Source of the DNA: a virus | Lineage: Duplodnaviria; Heunggongvirae; Uroviricota; Caudoviricetes | IMG/VR virus record: IMGVR_UViG_3300033405_000002 | Span: 179,595-243,594 of that record | Length of the DNA: 64,000 nucleotides | Strand: one strand, 5' to 3' | Part shown: positions 15,328 to 22,927 of the stretch, piece after piece | Position numbering within the stretch: position 1 is the stretch's first letter | Layout of the letters: each line of letters begins with the position of its first letter | Notes under the pieces: generated by a model | What the model saw: the letters and a program-made list of their open reading frames with translations, nothing else | Told to the model about the DNA's origin: nothing | Databases searched by the model: none | Translations under genes and position numbers: made by a program

Positions 15328-16068
15328 ATGGCAAAAAGCAAAGCAAAGAAGCAGAAGTTGAGTCCGCGTGAACGTATGTTGGCTACGGTAGCCGGGGAAA
15401 CTTTCACGAAGCTACCCGCCCGCAACGCAGACAACCAACTGATCGAGGAAGAGAAGCGTCCAGCAGGCAGCGTCCTGCTCGAAGGCATCGACAACGCGGC
15501 GGCGGCACCGATTGACGAGATGTTCAATCACTGCCCGATTTGCAGCCAAGAAAAGGTCGCGAAAGAACGCGCCGTGGCTGCGGCCGCAAAGACCGAGATG
15601 ATTCTGACTATCCGCGCTCTCGTGGAGAACTTCAGGAAAGATACGGACACCAAGCTTGCGAAGCTTGCGTCATTGATCGAGACGCAGCTAAAGCCTATCC
15701 TCGCGATGACATCGGCTGTTGCGGTTGAACGTGCAGAGTTGACAACTCGCTTGGTCGCGTTCGAAAATGAATTGAAGGACGCTTTCGGAATCAAGGATGA
15801 GATCGACCCGAACGTTGCATCCGGTGCAATGTTCATGGAGACGATTGACGGCGACGCATGGGGAATGAACCTCAATGATGAGCCAGCCCCCGGCACGGAC
15901 AAAGCCTTCGATGCGCTGACTGACAAGCTCGGTAACGCACTGGACGAGAATGACCCGGACGAAGTTCTCGGCGGCGTGGCAGCGAGGCAGGAAGTGCGGG
16001 ACGTGCAGAAGAGTGTGGAAGACGAGGCGCGTGACAACCGATCTTATCCGCGTCCATGGACGGTCTGA
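15328..16068 (+). CDS. hypothetical acidic protein
   Basis: 246 aa. Confidence 0.55.
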   Translation: MAKSKAKKQKLSPRERMLATVAGETFTKLPARNADNQLIEEEKRPAGSVLLEGIDNAAAAPIDEMFNHCPICSQEKVAKERAVAAAAKTEMILTIRALVENFRKDTDTKLAKLASLIETQLKPILAMTSAVAVERAELTTRLVAFENELKDAFGIKDEIDPNVASGAMFMETIDGDAWGMNLNDEPAPGTDKAFDALTDKLGNALDENDPDEVLGGVAARQEVRDVQKSVEDEARDNRSYPRPWTV

Positions 16069-16229
16069 TGACAGTAAGAGAATTCATCATGGAACTCAGT
16101 GACTACGATCCTGACGCGGAGATCGTAGTCAAAGGCTCATGCCCGAAGAATCCCGGTGAAGAAGTGGATTCCTACGATGCGGAGCCTTTTACCATAGCTG
16201 GCGATGGGAAGGTCACCATCTACTCCTGA
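16068..16229 (+). CDS. small protein whose N-terminus is paralogous to the 10953 gene
   Basis: ATG overlaps the TGA (TGATG). Confidence 0.4.
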   Translation: MTVREFIMELSDYDPDAEIVVKGSCPKNPGEEVDSYDAEPFTIAGDGKVTIYS

Positions 16230-16248
16230 AAAATAATTTTCGCAAGTC

Positions 16249-16278
16249 TGGACAAATTCCCAGACTTTGCAGTATACT
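16249..16278 (+). promoter_or_regulatory. sigma70-type promoter TGGACA-N18-TATACT with the conserved upstream AAAAATAATTTTCGCAAGTC element
   Basis: paralog of 9786-9839. Confidence 0.6.
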
Positions 16279-16343
16279 ATGTAGGTAGCACACAGAATGT
16301 CCCGTCAGGGCGTTGCCGGACGATACACGGCGAGATTGAAATT

Positions 16344-16433
16344 ATGAAGCAGACACAGACAACGCGAACTACAACGACCCAACGAATTATTACGGGCGTG
16401 CGCGTTGACGTGTCTGAGGGCTGGGACGATTAA
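16344..16433 (+). CDS. leader peptide ORF MKQTQTTRTTTTQRIITGVRVDVSEGWDD, rich in Thr, Gln and Ile
   Basis: 8 Thr, 3 Gln and 2 Ile codons in the first 17 codons; followed by a terminator, then an array containing only Ile, Thr and Gln tRNAs. Confidence 0.45.
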   Translation: MKQTQTTRTTTTQRIITGVRVDVSEGWDD

Positions 16434-16460
16434 ATAACCCAGTAAAATCAGCAAGTTAAC

Positions 16461-16491
16461 GAGCCGCCAGAAATGGCGGCTTTTTTATTTT
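16461..16491 (+). terminator. rho-independent terminator, a candidate attenuator, between the leader ORF and tRNA array 2
   Basis: GCCGCC-AGAAAT-GGCGGC followed by TTTTTTATTTT. Confidence 0.65.
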
Positions 16492-16565
16492 GGCGAGTAG
16501 CTCAGTGGGAGAGCACAGTCCTGATAAGACTGGGGTCGAGAGTTCAATCCTCTCCTCGCCAACCA
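16491..16565 (+). tRNA. tRNA-Ile(GAU)
   Basis: canonical cloverleaf; anticodon loop CTGATAA; CCA encoded. Confidence 0.7.
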
Positions 16566-16583
16566 AGTTTTGAGATGTGAGAT

Positions 16584-16657
16584 GCGCCCTTCGTCTAACG
16601 GCAAGGCCCACGCCCGATTAGCGTGAGATCGCGGTTCGAATCCGTGAGGGCGTACCA
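16584..16657 (+). tRNA. tRNA with anticodon GAU (Ile-like) and an atypical loop (C33, U37)
   Basis: anticodon arm CACGC-CCGATTA-GCGTG; T-loop TTCGAAT; G1:U72. Confidence 0.45.
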
Positions 16658-16663
16658 AATTTT

Positions 16664-16867
16664 ATGAAGAGTGACTGGCGAAAACGATACGAAGACGCGG
16701 AGAGTGCCTTCCATAAGCTGAAGAGCATGACGAAGCGCGTTCCCGCCAGCGCATGGACGCCGGAGTATCGCGAACTCGCGAACGCGATCCACACGTTAGG
16801 AAGAGAATCTTTCTACGTGGAATCAGATGATTTTAAGCCTGAAGATCGAGAAGATTGGGAAGGCTAG
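16664..16867 (+). CDS. small hypothetical protein between tRNAs
   Basis: 67 aa; ends with TAG. Confidence 0.4.
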   Translation: MKSDWRKRYEDAESAFHKLKSMTKRVPASAWTPEYRELANAIHTLGRESFYVESDDFKPEDREDWEG

Positions 16868-16871
16868 TTAG

Positions 16872-16954
16872 GCCGATGTGGCTCAGCGGCGACAGCAGCG
16901 GTTCCGTAAACCGCCACACAAACATCGGGGGTTCGAGTCCCTCCATCGGCTCCA
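16872..16954 (+). tRNA. tRNA-Thr(CGU) with a 3-bp D-stem and a 12-nt unpaired variable region (C33)
   Basis: anticodon arm GCGGT-TCCGTAA-ACCGC; paralog of 17830-17911. Confidence 0.5.
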
Positions 16955-16960
16955 AGTTTT

Positions 16961-17035
16961 GCCACGGTAACACAACGGTGGTGTACTCCCTTGGTAAGGG
17001 AGAGGGTGTGGGTTCGATTCCCACCCGTGGCTCCA
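16961..17035 (+). tRNA. tRNA-Thr(GGU)
   Basis: fully canonical cloverleaf; anticodon loop TTGGTAA. Confidence 0.75.
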
Positions 17036-17039
17036 AGTT

Positions 17040-17375
17040 ATGTTTGGGCGAACTACAGATTGCGGCGGCAAGCACGAGTACGAGAAAACAACTTGTCAGC
17101 GCATGGTTGAATGGGAGTTGGTTGACCATGAAACCGGAATCGTGCTGGCGCGTAAGTTCGATCCGTGCCCGCGTCACCAGCCGGGACAGGCAGCGGTCAA
17201 TCTGGTAGATGAGCGCACGCTTCAGGATCAAGCGGTAAAGTTTCTGGTTGCGCACCCAGAGTTGTTCCCGCGCTGTGAGAAGTGCTGGGCGTATTTGACA
17301 CCGAAGAAAGCGCATGTTTGTGCGAAGGCGTCCAAGTGGGAACGGAAAGAGCCGCGTAAAAACGCGAAGCATTGA
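17040..17375 (+). CDS. small zinc-binding-like protein
   Basis: 111 aa with several CxxC or CxxH pairs. Confidence 0.45.
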   Translation: MFGRTTDCGGKHEYEKTTCQRMVEWELVDHETGIVLARKFDPCPRHQPGQAAVNLVDERTLQDQAVKFLVAHPELFPRCEKCWAYLTPKKAHVCAKASKWERKEPRKNAKH

Positions 17376-17388
17376 GTATTTGATTGCT

Positions 17389-17556
17389 ATGAAATGTCAA
17401 GAACAACACGAGCATGGCGGGTGCGGTTTGGAACTGACGTTCCCGCAGCGGTATCCATTGGATGTTACGGTTCCCGGCCCAACGCAACAGTTGGGTGAAG
17501 GTGGACAGCCGGGGACGAGCGAAGATCAATATCCAATGAACGGAACTTGCTGCTAA
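17389..17556 (+). CDS. small hypothetical protein
   Basis: MKCQEQHEHGGCG... Confidence 0.3.
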   Translation: MKCQEQHEHGGCGLELTFPQRYPLDVTVPGPTQQLGEGGQPGTSEDQYPMNGTCC

Positions 17557-17569
17557 CAGACCCCCTTGT

Positions 17570-17824
17570 ATGGGGGCACTCAGCGACGAGCAGACCGACC
17601 TTCTCTACCAGAACCAGAAGGTACTGGACGCTCGTAGAGCCTTCCTCAAAAAGCTTGCGGAAGGAATGAGACGCGGCGATCTGGAGATGATCGCGGAAGG
17701 AAACGCTCTCAAGAAAGTGTACGAAACGCTCTTTGCGGAGCATCTGAAGTGGGTGATTGAAAACCCACCGGAGCCAAAGGCGAAACCGATGGTGTCATTC
17801 AACGGCTTCGCACGCAGAGCGTAA
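17570..17824 (+). CDS. small hypothetical protein
   Basis: 84 aa. Confidence 0.45.
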   Translation: MGALSDEQTDLLYQNQKVLDARRAFLKKLAEGMRRGDLEMIAEGNALKKVYETLFAEHLKWVIENPPEPKAKPMVSFNGFARRA

Positions 17825-17829
17825 ATTAG

Positions 17830-17911
17830 GCCAACGTGGCACAGCGGCGACTGCAACGGTTTTGTAAACCGTCATCCCACATCGGAGGTTCGAGTCCTCT
17901 CGTTGGCTCCA
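17830..17911 (+). tRNA. tRNA-Thr(UGU) with a long unpaired variable region
   Basis: anticodon arm ACGGT-TTTGTAA-ACCGT; T-loop TTCGAGT. Confidence 0.55.
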
Positions 17912-17924
17912 AGTTTAGATTCAT

Positions 17925-17999
17925 TGCCCTGTCGTTTAATGGCTAGGACGGTTGCCTTTGAAGCAACTTATCGGGGTTCGAGTCCCTGCGGGGCAGCCA
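17925..17999 (+). tRNA. tRNA-Gln(UUG)
   Basis: anticodon arm GTTGC-CTTTGAA-GCAAC; T-loop TTCGAGT. Confidence 0.6.
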
Positions 18000-18003
18000 A
18001 GAT

Positions 18004-18089
18004 TGGGAGATGGTGGAAAAGTGTAAACACGCCAGTCTTTGAAACTGGTGCCGATAGGCTTGCAGGTTCGAGTCCTGCTCTCCCAGCCA
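18004..18089 (+). tRNA. tRNA-Gln(UUG), second copy, with a 12-nt variable region
   Basis: anticodon arm CCAGT-CTTTGAA-ACTGG; T-arm GCAGG-TTCGAGT-CCTGC. Confidence 0.55.
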
Positions 18090-18111
18090 ATTCACTACCC
18101 ATCTCTTTTGT

Positions 18112-18534
18112 ATGGACATCCTTCACAAGTTCCTTCTAGGCGGGGAAATCTACCTCGCAGCTTCAGCCGGACTGGTAGTCGTCAGCACGATCTTCCGTGG
18201 TATTCATCACCTTCTTGGCACATCGAACTCCCGCCCAATGACGCCGGAGAACATCCAAGCGGCTATGGCACGGTCTAACGACGAAAGCCGTATCCATCGC
18301 TGGCTGGACGCTTTTGACATCTTCCTAAACGTTACCTTCATGAATGGACAGAACGATGAAACCATGTCTGCCCACTGCTGGCGTGCGGCTCAAGCCGGAC
18401 ATCTGTGGGGCAAAGCGATGAACTGGTGGTTGGAAGGATTCCAGCCAAACCACGGCTACCAAGCTGCCTGCGGCGATCTCCAGCGTGCGCTGAATCGTAT
18501 CGCCATCGAGAAAAAGGCTTTGGGAATTCAGTAG
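18112..18534 (+). CDS. hypothetical protein with an N-terminal TM helix
   Basis: 140 aa; ends with TAG. Confidence 0.45.
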   Translation: MDILHKFLLGGEIYLAASAGLVVVSTIFRGIHHLLGTSNSRPMTPENIQAAMARSNDESRIHRWLDAFDIFLNVTFMNGQNDETMSAHCWRAAQAGHLWGKAMNWWLEGFQPNHGYQAACGDLQRALNRIAIEKKALGIQ

Positions 18535-18613
18535 CCGCCCGTAAAATTTTTTAACACCTTCCGCCAACTCCCTGCATCTAAGCCTACGTAGCCGAATCTC
18601 GTCTGGAGCCATC

Positions 18614-19243
18614 GTGGGTAAGCTTATGACATTGTTGATCGCAGTCTTGATAGCGTTCCTCGCTACCACGGCGGTTCTCGCCTTGGCACAATCTCCGTTG
18701 GATGTCACAGACGGAAAGATCGAGAAAAAGAGTGGACGATTCCATGTTAGTGCCGAAGAGATGCGGGCCGTTCTCAGAGACGACATGCCCGCAAACTCCA
18801 AAGTTGAATTGTCTTTCACATATCTGGGTTCGAGCAAGAAAGTTGCACGCCTTGGCAACGGTGATATTCGACACCAGCTTGGTCTTAAACTCTTCGCGCA
18901 AGACCCGTGTAACCTGCTATATGTGATGTGGGACTTTGATCGTCCTGCGGCGTTGCGCGTTTCAGTTAAAAGCAATCCCGGCATGTGTACGTGGAGCCAA
19001 TGTCGTGACGGCGGTTATTTCGGCTTGAAGCCCACATTAGTCAAACCTCTTCCCCCGATTAAAGCCAACGAATCACATGTGCTTACTGTTGAAACAGCGG
19101 GTGCGGACTTCACTGTCTCAGTCGATGGCGAACTTGTCTGGCAAGGGCGTAACGATATTCTTCCGAGCTTGAAGGGGCCCGCCGGAGTACGTTCAGACAA
19201 TGTAGAAGTCCTCTTCGATCTCAGCGTTAGTGAGCGCAAGTAA
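18614..19243 (+). CDS. secreted protein (signal peptide) of unknown function
   Basis: MGKLMTLLIAVLIAFLATTAVLALAQSP signal. Confidence 0.55.
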   Translation: MGKLMTLLIAVLIAFLATTAVLALAQSPLDVTDGKIEKKSGRFHVSAEEMRAVLRDDMPANSKVELSFTYLGSSKKVARLGNGDIRHQLGLKLFAQDPCNLLYVMWDFDRPAALRVSVKSNPGMCTWSQCRDGGYFGLKPTLVKPLPPIKANESHVLTVETAGADFTVSVDGELVWQGRNDILPSLKGPAGVRSDNVEVLFDLSVSERK

Positions 19244-20493
19244 TGCAAATATATTTCTTCTTACTCTTCTTGACTCTCGCAATCTCTTGGCTGACAGGGG
19301 TGTGCCGCTACCTGTTTGGTGGTATTTTGCAGATTCAGCACCCGGAATACGGCGTCAAGAAAGACTACTCGTACAAGCCAACGGTGAGTGTGTTACTGCC
19401 TTGCTACAACGAAGGCGAAGAAGTTTACCACTCAATCAAGACAACACTTTTAAGCGATTACCCAGAAGACAAGCTGAAGGTCATCGCAACCGATGACTGC
19501 TCCGTGGATGACAGTTGGGAGTGGATTCAAAAAGCGGCGGCGGATTTCCCCGACCGCGTGATGGCGGTGAGAAACCGTACCAATCTTGGTAAAACCGCCA
19601 CGATCCTTAACGCGTTGGATCACAGCGACTCGGAGCTTGTCATCATCGTGGACTCTGACACTCACTTGGGAACGAACGCGATCCGCGAGATGGTAGCGTG
19701 CTTTGGCGGTGATAAATCACTAGGTGCCGTAGGCGCTCCGGCGAATGTCAAGAACCCGAATGACAACGCACTGACGGCGTTCCAGACCTATCTTTACTAC
19801 ATGGGGTTCCGACTGGCGAAGATTCCTGAGTGCTGGGTCAAAACGGTTGGCTGCATCGGCGGTTATTCACTTACGATGCCCCGGAAAATTTTGATGGAGA
19901 TCAAGCCACAGCTTGAGGCGCGGCACTGGTTCGGCACCAAGATACGAGACGGTGAAGATCGGTTCATCACGCATCAGGTGCTCTTGCACGGTTACAACAC
20001 CTACATCGACATGGAGGCAGAAGTCTGGACACTGGTGCCAACTACGTTTAAGGCGTATTTCTTGCAGCAGCTTCGATGGCGGCGCAGCTACACGCGGGAC
20101 TTTACGTTTACTCTGCGAACCCTGCCGACGCACCTAACAAAGCTGCATCCGAGCGTGATCTACACCTACGTGTTAACACCAATGGTGACGGTAATCGCTG
20201 TTATCCAAATGTTCACATTGCCTTTCTTCGGTCCACAAGTGCTGGCGGACCCGCGCATGTGTATTCTGTACGTCGGCACCGCTTTTTTCATTATCTGGCT
20301 CGCTGGGTTGACGCACAAAGATCAACGCCCAAAGAACCCGATAAAGATGTTTGTTTTCTTGACATGGTGGGTGGTAAACAACGTTTTTCTGACACCGCTT
20401 GCTTTTTTGACGCTTGATACTGGTTCGTGGGGGAACCGGGACAAGGTGGTTGAATCCAACAGCGATGTAACAGTGATAGGAGCTAAACAATGA
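19243..20493 (+). CDS. family-2 glycosyltransferase, processive polysaccharide synthase type (cellulose, chitin, hyaluronan or NodC-like), integral membrane
   Basis: DDCSVD and VDSD (DXD) motifs; Q(Q)xRW motif 'QQLRWRRS'; N- and C-terminal TM helices. Confidence 0.75.
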   Translation: MQIYFFLLFLTLAISWLTGVCRYLFGGILQIQHPEYGVKKDYSYKPTVSVLLPCYNEGEEVYHSIKTTLLSDYPEDKLKVIATDDCSVDDSWEWIQKAAADFPDRVMAVRNRTNLGKTATILNALDHSDSELVIIVDSDTHLGTNAIREMVACFGGDKSLGAVGAPANVKNPNDNALTAFQTYLYYMGFRLAKIPECWVKTVGCIGGYSLTMPRKILMEIKPQLEARHWFGTKIRDGEDRFITHQVLLHGYNTYIDMEAEVWTLVPTTFKAYFLQQLRWRRSYTRDFTFTLRTLPTHLTKLHPSVIYTYVLTPMVTVIAVIQMFTLPFFGPQVLADPRMCILYVGTAFFIIWLAGLTHKDQRPKNPIKMFVFLTWWVVNNVFLTPLAFLTLDTGSWGNRDKVVESNSDVTVIGAKQ

Positions 20494-21548
20494 GAAACCC
20501 GTTTCTGATTTTCTTGGAGTCCATGCGCGTTGCACACAACAAAGTTATTCTGCTGCTGTATCGAGCGTTTGCGCTCGTCACACTTTACGGCATTCTCGCG
20601 CTCGTGCTGGGCTACGCTGTCTATATGGGTTTCTACGCGATGAACACTTCGTGGGTTGCCCCGACAATCATCAGTCCGACAAATGACAAGATTCTCGATC
20701 TCACGTCCAAGATCGTGACTAGTGAGCAGACGCTTGCGGTGTTGACAGTTGACCGTGACCATCAGATGTCCAGCTTGGGTGAAATGAAGGGCACCGTCAC
20801 CGCGCTTCAAGCCTTGGATAGCAAATTTCAAGTTGCTATCGCGGAACAAAGCAAGAGCAACAAAGTTGACGGCCCGGAACTTTCCCAACTCGATAACCGG
20901 AAAAAGATTGATAACACTAAAACGTCTGAAGTTGTCGCACAACTTGCAATCGTTGAGGCGCAAGTTGACAAAGACCTGAAGAACGGTCTTATCACGAAAG
21001 TGGACGCGGCATCTGCCAAGGCAACTATCAACCAAGCACGCACGACCGCAACCGACAGCGAGATCACTGAAGTGATGCTGCGTGACAGTATGCGGCAAAA
21101 GACCAGCACGCACTTCAATACGGTTGACGCGCTGGCGAAAGAAGCGGAACTCAAGGGAAATATTGTTCAGCTTCAAATCCTGATCCACACAGGCGAGATG
21201 CAGTTGACGAGTGATCTTGTGCAGATTAAACAACTCGAAAGCGCAATCGCCTTGGCGCAGGATAGCCCGTATTTTCTGGCGACGAAGGGGAAGGTGCAGT
21301 TTGCTTTCGTCCCGTATGCGAACGCATCTAACGCGAAGGTCGGCGCGAAAGTGTACGACTGTTATCTCAGCTTCATCGCGTGTCGTTACGTTGGCACGGT
21401 AGTTCGAGTGTTCAATGACGAAGAAGTCATCAATCATCCGGTATTCAAAACAGCGATCCGTGGAACGTTGACTCAACTTGACCTGAAAGACCCGGAAGCC
21501 GGGAAAGACGCAACTCTGTTTTTTGGTCACAAACCGTTCTTGTTCTAA
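20490..21548 (+). CDS. membrane-anchored coiled-coil protein, a possible HlyD-like periplasmic adaptor or polysaccharide co-polymerase
   Basis: N-terminal TM helix, long coiled-coil, C-terminal beta-rich domain; ATGA overlap with the GT2 gene. Confidence 0.4.
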   Translation: MRNPFLIFLESMRVAHNKVILLLYRAFALVTLYGILALVLGYAVYMGFYAMNTSWVAPTIISPTNDKILDLTSKIVTSEQTLAVLTVDRDHQMSSLGEMKGTVTALQALDSKFQVAIAEQSKSNKVDGPELSQLDNRKKIDNTKTSEVVAQLAIVEAQVDKDLKNGLITKVDAASAKATINQARTTATDSEITEVMLRDSMRQKTSTHFNTVDALAKEAELKGNIVQLQILIHTGEMQLTSDLVQIKQLESAIALAQDSPYFLATKGKVQFAFVPYANASNAKVGAKVYDCYLSFIACRYVGTVVRVFNDEEVINHPVFKTAIRGTLTQLDLKDPEAGKDATLFFGHKPFLF

Positions 21549-21559
21549 GCGAGGAAGCC

Positions 21560-22609
21560 ATGAAAAATATTCTATTGATTTCTCTGACTTTACTGATCGC
21601 CTCGGTAGCATTTGCCGCCGACGATCAAGATGCTTACTGCAAGTACGTGCTTGAGCAAGGCGCGGCGCAACGTGACTTTCTCCGCACACCTGAAGCCACG
21701 TCCGGCATCGTGCAGCCAAACACCGGGCTGCCAGCGCAGCTTTTGTGGGGGGCTTCTAGCAGCTACTCTAGTTTCCGCAAGGCGAAGCTGACAATGGAAG
21801 TCGCAAAGAAGAACTGCGAGCTTTACGTTTCGACGGTGACCGCGCAACAACAACTTCTCTACGCACTACCGTCATTAGAGAAAGCCGCGCTCCTAAATCG
21901 TGTGAGTTTGATTCAACAAGCGAACAGCCAGCTTGACGCGCTTATCGCGGAGAACACGAAGGCGATAGAGGCGCAGGAATCAACTGTGCCCACGCTTTAT
22001 GCTCTGCACGCGGCGAAAGTGAAATTCTTCAAAGATCAAGGCGATACGTCCTTGAAAGCTGCCGCATTGTACACGCCTGAGTCCAGTCCTAAGCCTGTAA
22101 AGCAATTGGTCGTAGAGAAGCAGGGGGACGAAGTGGCGGACCAGAAAGCTATTGACCATTTGGCGCGTCAGCAGAATTGGGACTTGACATTTGAGGGCGG
22201 GATGCGACATCAGATTAACCAATTTTTCGCGAACGGCGTTGGCCCTTACGTCACCTTTCAAGCGAGCTATAGTCTCGCGAACAAAGCCATCAACCGCCAT
22301 CTGGATTCTTCCGCAGATGCCTACGCACAATGGAAGTTGACCGAGCAAGGCGACGTTGTACAAAACGCCGCGATTTTGAAACAGCAGATCGTCAACAGTA
22401 TCTCCGTGGAAGAGTCTCAACTGAAGTCTCTACAAAGCGAAGAGCAAGAAATTGACTCGAACTTGAAGATTGTCAATGATGTAGCAACATCGGCGGCGAT
22501 CAACTTCAAAAACCAATTGCTCGCTGACCGTCTAGGGTTGCGCGTAGAGATTGGGGATGTATCGTTCAGACTTACACAACTCCGGCAGTATCTCGCCGAC
22601 AATTTCTAG
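21560..22609 (+). CDS. secreted coiled-coil protein, a possible outer-membrane or periplasmic export component
   Basis: signal peptide MKNILLISLTLLIASVAFA; ends with TAG; in frame with the next small gene. Confidence 0.45.
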   Translation: MKNILLISLTLLIASVAFAADDQDAYCKYVLEQGAAQRDFLRTPEATSGIVQPNTGLPAQLLWGASSSYSSFRKAKLTMEVAKKNCELYVSTVTAQQQLLYALPSLEKAALLNRVSLIQQANSQLDALIAENTKAIEAQESTVPTLYALHAAKVKFFKDQGDTSLKAAALYTPESSPKPVKQLVVEKQGDEVADQKAIDHLARQQNWDLTFEGGMRHQINQFFANGVGPYVTFQASYSLANKAINRHLDSSADAYAQWKLTEQGDVVQNAAILKQQIVNSISVEESQLKSLQSEEQEIDSNLKIVNDVATSAAINFKNQLLADRLGLRVEIGDVSFRLTQLRQYLADNF

Positions 22610-22618
22610 GAGACTGAC

Positions 22619-22810
22619 ATGGAAGCAGCAACGGCAACATCACAAGAGGGATTTATTGACGACCAACGCGAGACCTGCAAGTGCGGAAAAGAGATTCGCT
22701 GGGACGCGGACAAAAAGAAGTGGTTTCACATTCACAACTTCATGACGTTCTGCTCCGGCAGGGCCCTTGACGACAACCACAACGATTGTGAACGTGGTCA
22801 ACCCGCGTAG
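22619..22810 (+). CDS. small Cys/His protein
   Basis: 63 aa. Confidence 0.35.
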   Translation: MEAATATSQEGFIDDQRETCKCGKEIRWDADKKKWFHIHNFMTFCSGRALDDNHNDCERGQPA

Positions 22811-22927
22811 CACTTCAGTGCTACGATGCAAAATAAAAAGAAGCACCTTCCGAACAGAAGGAATCATAGAGATGTCAAGAACCTTTCGGTTCTGGTTTAG
22901 ATTACTAGCGGCAACCCCGCTTCAAGG

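Noticed and set aside
20322-21719. 465-aa minus-strand ORF
   Set aside because: Antisense to the GT2, HlyD-like and secreted genes, which have motifs, signal peptides and translational coupling. Its composition is Arg-rich and low complexity.
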